Source of the DNA: Pseudomonadota bacterium | Lineage (GTDB): Bacteria; Myxococcota_A; UBA9042; GCA-2863065 | Direction of reading: 5' to 3' | Length of the DNA stretch: 64,000 nt | Assembly (NCBI GenBank): GCA_005776725.1 | Contig: SXOO01000217.1 | Span: forward strand, 2,944 to 66,943 | Part shown: positions 9,459 through 18,920 of the stretch, in pieces | Numbering within the stretch: the stretch's first letter is position 1 | Layout: every line of letters begins with the position of its first letter | Translations under genes and position numbers: made by a program | The notes under the pieces: generated by a model | The model's input: the letters and a program-made list of their open reading frames with translations, nothing else | Told to the model about the DNA's origin: nothing | Database searches by the model: none

Positions 9459-11480
9459 ATGTCGCGACTATTGCTCATCGATGACGACGCCGAGTTCCGG
9501 CATACGCTGGCGAGTGCCTTGCGCGATCTCGGCCACACGGTAGTGGAGGCCGGGCGGGCCGCTGACGCGGACGCGGAGCTCGCGCGTGCCTCGGTGGATC
9601 TCTGCGTCCTCGACGGTCTCCTGCCCGACGCGACGGGCCTCGAGTGGTTGGCGCGTCGGCGGGGCGCTGACGACAAGCTGCGCGTGGCCTTCGTCTCGGC
9701 GTACTGGCGCGACGCAGCGTCCCGTTCGCGCCTGCAGCACGAGCTGTGGGTCGACATGATCTTCGTGAAGCCCATCGATCCCCTGTACCTGGCCCACGAG
9801 CTCGACAGCACGCTCGCCTCACCCTCGCCCAGCCCGGTGCTTCGCGACCACCTCCCGGAGCTCCGCTCGCGTTACGCCGCGAATCTCCCAGGCCGAATCG
9901 ACGCGGCCGAGGCCGCGGTGGACCGTGCACACGCGCTGTTCGGGAAGGCCGCCAGCGCTGCGGTGGGGAGCGCGGTCGCTGACGCCGTGCACCTCGCGCA
10001 CCGGCTGCGTGGCACGGCGGGCTCCTATGGCTTCCCGGCAGTGAGCCTCGCGTTCGGCCGCCTGGAGTCGCTGCTCAGGGGGCTCCCGGTGGACGCCGAG
10101 CCGCCGAGCGAGCTCTGGGATGCAGCGACCACCGCCCTCAAGGACGCGCGCGCCGCGGGGCCCGTGCCCCGCCCTATGGGCATCGACGCAGCGCGCGCCC
10201 TCGGGGCTCATCGGGGGCGCGTGCTGCTGCTCGACGACGATCCGGACTTCCTCCGCCTGGTCGCGGCCATCGCGGCGCGTTCCGCGATCGAGGTGATCCC
10301 CGCAACGTCCGAGAAGGACGCCATTGCGATCTGCGCCACGCTGCCGGTTGACGGGGCCATCGTGGACGTCAACGTCGAGGGGCGAGGGACCTATCCGGTC
10401 GTTCGGAAGCTGCGCGCGCTGCCTGGGCGCGAACGGCTGCCAGTGGCGTTCGTCTCGGCCGACAACTCGGTCGCGACGCGCGCCGCCGCGGCGCACGCGG
10501 GCGCTGTGCGGTTCCTCGACAAGCCGGTTGAACCCGACCTGCTCGTGGAGCTCGCCAACGAGCTGGTCTCCCTGGCTCGCCGGAACCACTCGCGGGTGCT
10601 CATCGTGGATGACGACCCCGACTACGTGCAGCTTGCCTCCACACTACTCGGAGACGCTGGGATCGAGAGCATCTCGGCCGGCTCCGTGGACGCCGCGTTG
10701 AATGAGCTGGACGTGCGCCGGCCCGACCTCGTGCTCTGCGACCTCTACCTGCCCATGGGGGATGACGACGTCCGCGCGGTGGGCGGTCTGGATCTCTGCC
10801 GGACCATGCGCCTCTCGCCGCGCTACGACGACATCCCCGTGGTGCTCGTGACTGCGCGTCCGGACGTGGCGAGCCGCTTGGAGGCGTTTCGCGCTGGCGC
10901 CGATGACTACGTGGTGAAGCCCGTGATCCCGGAGGAGCTGCTCGCCCGCGTGCGGGTGCGGCTGGACCGCGCGCACCTCATCCGGCGCGCAGCCGAGATC
11001 GACCCTACGACTGGGCTGATGGTGCGGCGTGCGTTCGCTCGGCAGCTGGCGTCGGCGCTGTCGGAGGCCCGCCGGCACGGCCGCCCGCTGTCCGTGGCGC
11101 TCATCGACCTGGATCACTTCAAGGGCGTGAACGACACGCAGGGCCACCTGGCCGGCGACCGCGTGCTCGAGGGGATCGGCGCGCTGATGCGGCGGAGCTT
11201 CCGCGTCTACGACATCGTGGGTCGCTGGGGGGGGGAGGAGCTCGTTGTGGCGTTTCCCGGCGAAGCACGGCAAGTCGCTGCCGTGGTGACCGAGCGGTTG
11301 CTCGCCGAGACGCGGGAGCTCGCCTTCGAAGGCGACAAGGGCACGTTCTCGGTGACGTTCACCGCCGGCGTGGCGAGCTCGGACGAGGCGCCCACGCTGG
11401 AGGCGCTGATGACCATCACCGACCGACGGCTCTACCTTGGCAAGCGTCAGGGAAGGGCGCGCGTGGTGCGGGACGGTTGA
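9459..11480 (+). CDS. Multi-receiver diguanylate cyclase, REC-Hpt-REC-REC-GGDEF
   Basis: Three receiver domains (IDDD..VLDG..KP; LDDD..IVDV..KP; VDDD..LCDL..KP), Hpt AHRLRGTAGSYG, DLDHFKGVNDTQGHLAGD, RVYD I-site and RWGGEEL active site. Confidence 0.9.
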   Translation: MSRLLLIDDDAEFRHTLASALRDLGHTVVEAGRAADADAELARASVDLCVLDGLLPDATGLEWLARRRGADDKLRVAFVSAYWRDAASRSRLQHELWVDMIFVKPIDPLYLAHELDSTLASPSPSPVLRDHLPELRSRYAANLPGRIDAAEAAVDRAHALFGKAASAAVGSAVADAVHLAHRLRGTAGSYGFPAVSLAFGRLESLLRGLPVDAEPPSELWDAATTALKDARAAGPVPRPMGIDAARALGAHRGRVLLLDDDPDFLRLVAAIAARSAIEVIPATSEKDAIAICATLPVDGAIVDVNVEGRGTYPVVRKLRALPGRERLPVAFVSADNSVATRAAAAHAGAVRFLDKPVEPDLLVELANELVSLARRNHSRVLIVDDDPDYVQLASTLLGDAGIESISAGSVDAALNELDVRRPDLVLCDLYLPMGDDDVRAVGGLDLCRTMRLSPRYDDIPVVLVTARPDVASRLEAFRAGADDYVVKPVIPEELLARVRVRLDRAHLIRRAAEIDPTTGLMVRRAFARQLASALSEARRHGRPLSVALIDLDHFKGVNDTQGHLAGDRVLEGIGALMRRSFRVYDIVGRWGGEELVVAFPGEARQVAAVVTERLLAETRELAFEGDKGTFSVTFTAGVASSDEAPTLEALMTITDRRLYLGKRQGRARVVRDG

Positions 11481-11510
11481 CCTGTCCCGGCAGCGCCCGA
11501 TCGGTCCAGC

Positions 11511-12077
11511 TCAGAACGGGATGTCGTCGTCCGTGAAGGTGCCGCCCTGGGGGCCCGACGGGCCTCCGCCGAAGCCGCCGCCACCCTGAGGGGGCGGGCC
11601 ACCCGGAGGCGGGCCGTCGTACCCACCGCTGTTTCCGCCGCGTGGCGCGCCGCCACCGCCCTGGGGACGACCGCCGTAACCGCCGCCACCGCCGCCGCCG
11701 CGCGGCGCGCCGCCTTGGGGAGCTTCGTAGCCGCCCTCGCCCTGCTCCTGTCGGCCGCCGAGGAACTGCAGCGCCTGCACCTTGACCTCGGTGGTGTAGC
11801 GCTTGGCGCCCTCTTTGTCTTGCCACTCGCGGGTCTCGAGCTTGCCCTCGATGTAGACCTCACGGCCCTTCTTCAGGTACTGCCCGGCGAGCTCCGCAGT
11901 GCGACCCCAGGCAACGATGCGGTGCCACTCGGTCTTGTCCTGCTTCTGGCCGTTCTTGTCGGTATAGCCCTCGTCCGTGGCGATATTGAAGTTGGCCACG
12001 GCCTGGCCGCCCGGCGTGTAGCGCACGTCTGGATCAGCGCCCAGACGCCCGATCAGGATGACTTTGTTGACGGACAC
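11511..12077 (-). CDS. ssb: Single-stranded DNA-binding protein
   Basis: [34 protein letters not shown], Gly/Pro-rich linker and acidic tip DDDIPF. GTG at 12077 with GGAGAG RBS. Confidence 0.97.
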   Translation of the reverse strand: MSVNKVILIGRLGADPDVRYTPGGQAVANFNIATDEGYTDKNGQKQDKTEWHRIVAWGRTAELAGQYLKKGREVYIEGKLETREWQDKEGAKRYTTEVKVQALQFLGGRQEQGEGGYEAPQGGAPRGGGGGGGYGGRPQGGGGAPRGGNSGGYDGPPPGGPPPQGGGGFGGGPSGPQGGTFTDDDIPF

Positions 12078-12180
12078 GAGAACTCTCCCCGGTGGATGGA
12101 TGCCGTGGGATACCACTGAACAGACGAGACGTAAAGTCGGCTTCGCACGGGGCGTTGGCCGTGTTGGCGGCGTGTCGCGA

Positions 12181-12903
12181 TCAGGGGTTCATGGGGGGGA
12201 GAGCCGCTGGGCGGCGACCCACGAAGAGGTTCGTCCCGCCGAAGTTGAAGCGCTTCACGGAGACGTCCTGCAGCCCGGCGGCGCGCATCAGATCCATGAA
12301 CTCGGGTGGCGTGGGGAAGCGGGCGATGGACTCGTGGAGGTAGTGGTATTCACGCGCACCAGAGAGCGCGGCGCCGATGCGCGGCACCACCTTGTGGACG
12401 TAGAAGCGCGCGAAGGGCCCAAGGAGGCCCTCGGGCTCCCCCAGCTCGAGCACGGCGACGTAGCCGCCGGGCCGCACCACCCGCGCGAGCTCTCGCAGGC
12501 CCTTGGCCCGATCGGGCACGTTGCGGATGCCGAAGCTGATCGCGGCGGCGTCGAAGCGCGCATCGGCGAATGGCAGAGCCTCGCAGTCCCCGAGCTCCAG
12601 GGAGATCCTCGCGCCGAGCCCCCGCCGCTCCACTTTCGTGCGGCCGACCGCGAGCATCTCGCGGCTGGGGTCCACCCCCACCACGCGGGCCTCGGGGTGT
12701 GCAGCCGCGGCGGCGAGCGCTACGTCTGCCGTGCCCGTGGCGACGTCCAGCACCTGGCTGAGCGGGCGCCCCAGCGCTCGGACCAGGGCGCGGCGCCACC
12801 GGCCGTCCATGCCGAAGCTGAGGACGCGGTTCAAGAGGTCGTAGCGGGCGGCGATGCGATCGAACATCTCGCCGCTGCCGCCTCGCGCCAGGGGCTCGCT
12901 CAT
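12181..12903 (-). CDS. menG: Demethylmenaquinone methyltransferase (MenG/UbiE)
   Basis: [49 protein letters not shown] overlaps the upstream stop (ATGA 12900-12903). Confidence 0.94.
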   Translation of the reverse strand: MSEPLARGGSGEMFDRIAARYDLLNRVLSFGMDGRWRRALVRALGRPLSQVLDVATGTADVALAAAAAHPEARVVGVDPSREMLAVGRTKVERRGLGARISLELGDCEALPFADARFDAAAISFGIRNVPDRAKGLRELARVVRPGGYVAVLELGEPEGLLGPFARFYVHKVVPRIGAALSGAREYHYLHESIARFPTPPEFMDLMRAAGLQDVSVKRFNFGGTNLFVGRRPAALPPMNP

Positions 12904-14015
12904 GCCCGGCGGCTCACTGCGCTGTCGATAACTGCCTCGAGGGCGCCTCGGGCCATCGACTCGGGCAGCCGCGCCAGCGCGTCCCGCGCCAGCTGGGCCT
13001 GAGCCTCGGCGAAGCGGCGCGTGGCCTCCACGGCGCCGGTCGCGCGCACGCGCTCCAGGATCGCGCGCACGCCGTCGGCCGTGTCGCCCTTGTCCGCCAT
13101 GGCGCTGAGGGCGGCTTCCAGCGCCGGAAGAAAGCCCGGATCCGCCTCGCTCGCGAGGATGAACGGCCACGTGAGCTTCCCCTCGCGGAGGTCGGCGAGG
13201 ACGTCCTTGCCGGTCGTGGCGGTGTCGCCGGTGAGATCGAGCACGTCGTCCATCAGCTGAAACGCCACGCCGAGGGCGTTGCCCGCCTGGCCGAGCGTGG
13301 CGAGCGTGTCGCCATCGAGCCCGCCGGCCGTCCCGCCCGCCACGAGGCCCCACCGAAACAGCCCGGCGGTCTTGCCCTGAACCACACTCAGATAGACCTC
13401 TCGGCTGGGGTTGAGCCGACCCCGCTGCTCGAGCTGGATTGCCTCGGCGGACACCATCTCGTGGATGGTCTCGAGCAGGCTCGACAGCAGGCGGCGGTGT
13501 CCCACGCTCTCCACCAGCTTCAGCGCGTGGACGAGCAGGTGGTCGCCCGCGAGGACGCTGGCGGAGTTGCCGAACACCATCCGGGCGGTGGGCGCCCCCC
13601 GCCGCTCCGTGCCCTCGTCGATCACGTCGTCGTGCAGCAGCGTCGCGTTGTGCACCAGCTCGCACGCGATGGCGAGGTCCCGCACGCCGCGATCGAGCGG
13701 CGCTCCCGGGGCTGTGGGGCGCGTGAGCTCGCGCCCGCCGAGCCGCGCGCCCAGGAGCACGCACAGCGGCCGAATCCGCTTCCCCGGCCGGGCGAGCAAG
13801 TAACGAGCGGCGCGCAGGGCAAGGTCGCCGACCTCCTCTCGGGTGGTGGCGGCGTGAGAGAGGTCCGTGGTGGCCTGGATCGCTGTCTCGAGCTCGACGA
13901 GGTCGTCCTGGAGCCAGCGGCGGAGCTCCTCCAGACGGACGGCCAGCGGAGCGAGCCCCACGCGACGAGAGACGTCTTCGAGTGGGAGCAGGACATCGCG
14001 GGTGTCGGGGGTCAT
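12900..14015 (-). CDS. Long-chain trans-polyprenyl diphosphate synthase (IspB/HepT-like)
   Basis: GKRIRP, FARM HNATLLHDDVID (small Ala at -5, typical of long-chain enzymes), RRG, GKTAGLF, SARM FQLMDDVLD, GKDVLADLREGK. ATG at 14015 with AGGAGG RBS. Confidence 0.92.
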   Translation of the reverse strand: MTPDTRDVLLPLEDVSRRVGLAPLAVRLEELRRWLQDDLVELETAIQATTDLSHAATTREEVGDLALRAARYLLARPGKRIRPLCVLLGARLGGRELTRPTAPGAPLDRGVRDLAIACELVHNATLLHDDVIDEGTERRGAPTARMVFGNSASVLAGDHLLVHALKLVESVGHRRLLSSLLETIHEMVSAEAIQLEQRGRLNPSREVYLSVVQGKTAGLFRWGLVAGGTAGGLDGDTLATLGQAGNALGVAFQLMDDVLDLTGDTATTGKDVLADLREGKLTWPFILASEADPGFLPALEAALSAMADKGDTADGVRAILERVRATGAVEATRRFAEAQAQLARDALARLPESMARGALEAVIDSAVSRRA

Positions 14016-16414
14016 AGGGAGCCTCCTGTGATGACGGTGCGTGCGCGTATTCGCGAAGTCTTGCCAAGCGCATCCACGGGGAGCCGTGGGGTGTGCGTGG
14101 CCGTGTCGGGCTGTTGGAGCCGCGGGAGGTGGGCGCGCGAGAACGCCAGCACCTCCTCGGGGAGCGCCGTGCCGGTGTAGAGCGCGTGCGGGCGCTCGCC
14201 CCACTCGGGGTCTGCGAGGCCGGTGACCAACACCTCGCCGATCCCCGGGCAGGCGGAGAGGCCGGCCTCGATCGCGGCGGGATCGAGGTTTACGCCGCCA
14301 GAGATGATGGTGTCGTCGGCGCGGCCGCTGATGGTCACGGCGCCGTGCGGATCGAGGATGCCGACGTCGCGAGTGACGAGGCGTCCTCGCGCGATGGGCC
14401 CCTCCACCGTCAGCTGGGTCCCGCGGGGGCCCGGGATCAGCCCAAGGCGCGCGAACGCGAGCGGGGCGACGGGCGCGCCATGCGGGGCGCCGGGCGGCTC
14501 GGTGGCCACCTGAGACGCGGTCTCCGTCATGCCCCAGGTGAGCACGATCGGCAGGTGCCGGGCGCGGGCGAGGAGCTCCGGAGCAGCGGGAGCGCCGCCG
14601 ACCAGGATCGCGCGAACGGACGGGGCGACGGGGCGCTCGCCCAGCGCCGCCACCACCCGCTCGAGCTGCGCGGGGACCAGCGAGAGGAGCGAGAGCTGCC
14701 CCGTGACCAGCTGCTCAGCCACCGCGTCGGCGTCGAAGCGCGCGCCCAGGAGCCGCGCGGTGGTGGCGCCCCACGCGGCACGTTCGAGGATCATGAGCCC
14801 GCCCACGCGGTCGAGGGGCAGGCAGAGGCCCCACACGTCGTCGAGTGCGTGGCCCAGCCGCATCGCCGAGCCGAACGCGGACAGCGTGGCCTGGAGCGCG
14901 CCGAGGCGGACGGCGCTGGGCGCCCCGGTGGTCCCCGACGTGTGGACAAGGTACCGATCGGCGTCCGCGGCCGAGTCGCGCTCGGGCAGCTCGGGGCCTG
15001 GTGGCAGGGCTCCGACCACCGCGTCGGCGTCACCTGCGTCCCCCGGGGTGGCGATCGCTCCCAGCCAGGTGGCCGCGTGGATGCGCTCCGCGGCGTCGAG
15101 GAGGGAACCCTGACACCTGGCGAGCGGCACCGCGACCCGGTCGCCCGTGCGGACCCCGGCGGCGTGGAGCGCGCCTGCGAGGGAAGCGACTCGGCTCCTC
15201 AGCGCGGACCAGGTCACGGTCTGCTCCCCGAGCACCAGCGCGGGGTGACCCGGTCGTGCGCGGGCCGCCGCCGCGACGGGGTGCGGGAGGTCGGTTGGGC
15301 CAGGCCTCGCCGACAGCGCGTCGGCGCGTCGCGTGGGCGCCACGCCCAGGCCGGGCGCGGAGGCAGTGATGCGGGCACGGGTGATCGCGAGCGGCTCGGC
15401 CACGTCAACGCCAGGCGTGGTGGTGTGCGACAAGCCGTGCGCGCGCACGCCGATCCCCTCGGCGTTCAGCGCGAGCGCCACGTGAGCGGCGCCTGCGCGT
15501 CCTACGGCGCTGTCCAGCGCGTGGGTGACCAGCACCGCAAGGCCACGGGCGTGCGCCGCGCGGGCTGTCCGGAGCGCCGCGTGCAGCCCGGTGAAGGCGG
15601 GCTTCACCACGATCCCTGCCGTGCCGGCGGGGAGCCTCGAGAGGGCGCGCGCCACCTCGACGTGAGCCGCGGCGAGGTCGGCGTTGGGGGCTCGGAGGGT
15701 CTCGGTTGTGGCCTCGATGAGGAGCTCACGCAGCGACTCGTCCGCGAAGCGCGGCGGCCCCCCGGCGGCCCCGGGCTCCTCAACGAGCTCCAAGTTCAGC
15801 GCGGCGAGCGCGGCTGTGTCGACGGGGGCGCCGTTGCAGTCCGCCCTCAGCGCGAGGGAGGCCGGCAGCTCGGCGCGCACGGCGCGAAGCAGCCCAAGCC
15901 CACCTTGTGTCGTGCTGCTCGACGAGGTCGCCGAGAGCTTCACCTTCAGCGTGGTGTAGCCCTCGGCCACAGCGGCTCGGGCCGAAGCCAGGTTGTCCAC
16001 CAGCGCGTGGACCTCCACCTCCGGCGTCGCGTCGGCGGCCGTGAGCACACGCCAGAGGGGCAGGCCGGCGCGCCGCGCCTCCAGGTCCGCCAGCGCCAGC
16101 TCCACGCACCAGCGCGCCTCGGCGCTCAGCGCGTTCCACAGGTCGGAGCGCGGGAGCGCAAAGAACGGCGCGGGAAGGGGGCTCGCGTCACGGGCGGAGG
16201 CCTCGAGCGCTCCGCCGGCGAGCTCGCGCGCGGCGGCTACCAGCTCGGCTCGGAGGCCGGGCGCGGGCTGCCACGGGCACGCGTCGCCTGTCCCGGTCAC
16301 GCCGTCCGCCCCCACGACGTGGAGCAGGAATCCTTCACGGTGGCTCAGCCCGCGGATCGGCACGCAGAGCGGGATCCGGTAGGCCTCGACGCGGGCGAGC
16401 GCGATGGGCGTCAC
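14012..16414 (-). CDS. menC-menE: Fusion: o-succinylbenzoate synthase (MenC) + o-succinylbenzoate-CoA ligase (MenE)
   Basis: Enolase-superfamily motifs TLKVK, RADCNG, VEEP, ADES, VVKP, then adenylation motifs HTSGTTG, TWGMTETASQ, TRDVG, GRADDTIISGG, LGK. GTG at 16414 overlaps the menA stop. Sits in the men cluster. Confidence 0.85.
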   Translation of the reverse strand: MTPIALARVEAYRIPLCVPIRGLSHREGFLLHVVGADGVTGTGDACPWQPAPGLRAELVAAARELAGGALEASARDASPLPAPFFALPRSDLWNALSAEARWCVELALADLEARRAGLPLWRVLTAADATPEVEVHALVDNLASARAAVAEGYTTLKVKLSATSSSSTTQGGLGLLRAVRAELPASLALRADCNGAPVDTAALAALNLELVEEPGAAGGPPRFADESLRELLIEATTETLRAPNADLAAAHVEVARALSRLPAGTAGIVVKPAFTGLHAALRTARAAHARGLAVLVTHALDSAVGRAGAAHVALALNAEGIGVRAHGLSHTTTPGVDVAEPLAITRARITASAPGLGVAPTRRADALSARPGPTDLPHPVAAAARARPGHPALVLGEQTVTWSALRSRVASLAGALHAAGVRTGDRVAVPLARCQGSLLDAAERIHAATWLGAIATPGDAGDADAVVGALPPGPELPERDSAADADRYLVHTSGTTGAPSAVRLGALQATLSAFGSAMRLGHALDDVWGLCLPLDRVGGLMILERAAWGATTARLLGARFDADAVAEQLVTGQLSLLSLVPAQLERVVAALGERPVAPSVRAILVGGAPAAPELLARARHLPIVLTWGMTETASQVATEPPGAPHGAPVAPLAFARLGLIPGPRGTQLTVEGPIARGRLVTRDVGILDPHGAVTISGRADDTIISGGVNLDPAAIEAGLSACPGIGEVLVTGLADPEWGERPHALYTGTALPEEVLAFSRAHLPRLQQPDTATHTPRLPVDALGKTSRIRARTVITGGSL

Positions 16415-17286
16415 GAGACCACCCCCACGGCCAGCAGGATCCCGTAGCACAGCGTGGCTCGGGCCGTGCCAGCGAGGCGCGCGTTGAGCTCGGCGCCGTC
16501 CGTTCGATACACGCCCCAGAGCTCTCGGAGGGCGAGGGGGAGTGCGCCGAGCGCGAAGAGCCAGGCTACCTGGCCTCGCGCCGCCGCGATCACCGGCACC
16601 GCGAACGCCAGCGCCATCCAGGCGGCGTATTCGACGCGCGCGAAGGCGGGGCCGAAGCGGACCGCGAGCGTGCGCTTGCCGGCCTTCGCGTCCGTGTGCC
16701 GGTCGCGCAGGTTGTTGACCACCAGGATCGCCGTGGAGAGCGCGCCGATCCCTGCGCCACACAAGAGCGCGTCGGTGGGCCAGCCGCCCGTCTGGGCGTA
16801 GGTGGTTCCGGCCACCGCGACCAACCCGAAGAACACGAAGACGAAGAGGTCCGCCACGCCCAGGTACGCGAGCGGGTAAGGCCCGCCGGTGTAGAGCCAA
16901 CCGGACAGCAGGCTGAGCGCGCCGATCGCGACGATCGGCCAACCCGCGACGCTGACGAGATAGAGTCCAGCGGCGAAGGCGACCCCGAAGGCCGCGAGGG
17001 CGACGGACTTTACCGTCCCAGGCGTGAGCCAACCCTGCTGCGTGGCGCGGCGCGGGCCGAGCCGCTCCTCAGTGTCGGCGCCACGACGGAAGTCTTCATA
17101 GTCATTGAAGAGGTTCGTCCCGATCTGGATGCCCAGGGCGCCAACGAGGCAGGCAGCGGCCGCCCCGAGGTGCACCCCGCCGTGAGCGTGGGCCACAGCG
17201 GTGCCCAGCACGACCGGGGCGATCCCGGCCGTGAGCGTCTTCGGCCTCATCGCCAGAAGGACGGCGCGCGCGCGACCCACGCTCAT
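16411..17286 (-). CDS. menA: 1,4-dihydroxy-2-naphthoate polyprenyltransferase
   Basis: RPKTL, QIGTNLFNDYED..RGAD, YTGGPYPLAY, NNLRD..TD..AGKRTLAVR, multiple TM helices. Confidence 0.96.
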   Translation of the reverse strand: MSVGRARAVLLAMRPKTLTAGIAPVVLGTAVAHAHGGVHLGAAAACLVGALGIQIGTNLFNDYEDFRRGADTEERLGPRRATQQGWLTPGTVKSVALAAFGVAFAAGLYLVSVAGWPIVAIGALSLLSGWLYTGGPYPLAYLGVADLFVFVFFGLVAVAGTTYAQTGGWPTDALLCGAGIGALSTAILVVNNLRDRHTDAKAGKRTLAVRFGPAFARVEYAAWMALAFAVPVIAAARGQVAWLFALGALPLALRELWGVYRTDGAELNARLAGTARATLCYGILLAVGVVS

Positions 17287-18920
17287 GGCACGCTCGCGGC
17301 CGCGGTCCGCGCGGCCTCCATCGCGTCACGTCGCCGGCGCTGACTGGCCTCGCGGTCTACCCGCACCACCAGCACCTCCAGGCCGCGGATCGGTCTCTCG
17401 AGGGCCTGGAACAGCGCGTCGCGCTCTGTCACCACGGTCACCGGCGCCACGGCCGCGGCCAGCGCGGCCACGTCCGTGTGCTGCGGCGTGAGGAAGCACC
17501 GCTCGAAGGCGGGGTGCGCAGCGATGGGCAGGTAGCCGAAGATCCCCCCGCCGCCGTTGTCGACCACGACCACGCGCAGCGGGACGCCCAGCTCGGCCGC
17601 AGAGAGCAGGCCCGAGAGGTCGTGGCGGAACGCCAGGTCTCCGAGCAGCACCGTGGTTGGCGCCGGGGTGGGGCTAGGAGCCGAGCTCCCGGACCCCCGC
17701 AGCGCCGCCCCTGCCGCGGTGCTGATGAGCCCGTCGATCCCATTGGCGCCACGGTTGACCAGGACCCGCGCGCGCCCCGAAGCGGCGAAGAGGTCCACGT
17801 CTCGGATCGGCATGCTCGAGGCGATCACCACGACGTCCGCGGCGCTCGTACCGAGCGTGGCGCGCGCCACCACGCCCTCCCAGAGCCCCTCGGAGGTCGC
17901 GGCGTCCAGCGCCTCTCCGGCCGCGCGGTCGAGCGCGAGCCAGCGCGGGAGGTCGGCCCGGGGGGACTCACCCGGCTCGAGCGAGGTGAGTGCGGCCCCG
18001 GCCGGGCCCGGCAGCCAGGCCTCGGCGCGGCAGCTGGGATCGTGGAGCGCGGAGCCCAGGAGCCAGAGCGGAGCTTCCAGGGCGGCCAGCCACTCCTGGA
18101 CCGCCCGAGTGGTGGGGACGTGCCCCACGCGGACGACGAGGTCCGGCTTGGGCGCGTGGGCCAGGATCACCTCCGTGCGATGCACCAACGGGGCCTCGAG
18201 CCCCGAGAAGCGGAGCCCGCTGGCGGCGTCTGCCACGATCGGCCACCCGAGGCGCCGCGCTGCGCCGACGAGCTGCTCTTCGCAGCCCTCGAGGTGAGCC
18301 CCGGCCACGAAGATCCCACGCCGCGAGCGGCGCACCGCAGCGACCAGGGCGTCAACGTCCGGGGTGGCGGGTTGGGTCCGTGGCGCGGGGCGCGGCGCAG
18401 GGGCCGCGAAGCGCTCGCCGGAGGCCCACACCGGCTCCGTGAACGACAGATTCAGGTGAGCGGGCCCCGGCACCGCCAGGGCCTCCAGCGCCACGAGGCG
18501 GCAATGGGCGGCTGAGCTCGTCTCGGGCAGCGCGAACGCCGCGCGCACATGGGCGCCGAAGAGGCGGGTCTGGTCTACGGTCTGGGGCGCGCCGACGTAC
18601 TGCGCGGCGGCCGGTCGGTCGGCCGTGAGCGCCAACACCCGGGCTCCCGTGGCGTTCGCCTCGACCAGCGCGGGCAGCCAGTGCGCCCCTGCGCTCCCCG
18701 AGGTGCAGACCAGCGCCCCCGGCCCCTCGAGCCGCGACAGGCCCAGCGCGACGAACGCCGCCGAGCGCTCGTCGACCAGCATGCGGAGGTCGAGGCCCAG
18801 CTCCAGGGCGGCGAGGATCAAGGGGGTGGAGCGCGATCCCGGCGAGGCGAGCACCGTGCGGACGCCGCCGTCGCGGAGCGCCGCGAGCACGGCGCCGGCG
18901 CGCTCGAGGTTGCTGCTCAC
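17283..18920 (-). CDS. menD: SEPHCHC synthase (ThDP-dependent)
   Basis: SPGSRSTPL, DERSAAFVALG, CTSGSA, LTADRP, ASSMPIRD, NRGANGIDG, GDLAFRHD, NGGGGIF. GTG at 18920 overlaps the menF stop. Confidence 0.94.
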   Translation of the reverse strand: MSSNLERAGAVLAALRDGGVRTVLASPGSRSTPLILAALELGLDLRMLVDERSAAFVALGLSRLEGPGALVCTSGSAGAHWLPALVEANATGARVLALTADRPAAAQYVGAPQTVDQTRLFGAHVRAAFALPETSSAAHCRLVALEALAVPGPAHLNLSFTEPVWASGERFAAPAPRPAPRTQPATPDVDALVAAVRRSRRGIFVAGAHLEGCEEQLVGAARRLGWPIVADAASGLRFSGLEAPLVHRTEVILAHAPKPDLVVRVGHVPTTRAVQEWLAALEAPLWLLGSALHDPSCRAEAWLPGPAGAALTSLEPGESPRADLPRWLALDRAAGEALDAATSEGLWEGVVARATLGTSAADVVVIASSMPIRDVDLFAASGRARVLVNRGANGIDGLISTAAGAALRGSGSSAPSPTPAPTTVLLGDLAFRHDLSGLLSAAELGVPLRVVVVDNGGGGIFGYLPIAAHPAFERCFLTPQHTDVAALAAAVAPVTVVTERDALFQALERPIRGLEVLVVRVDREASQRRRRDAMEAARTAAASVP

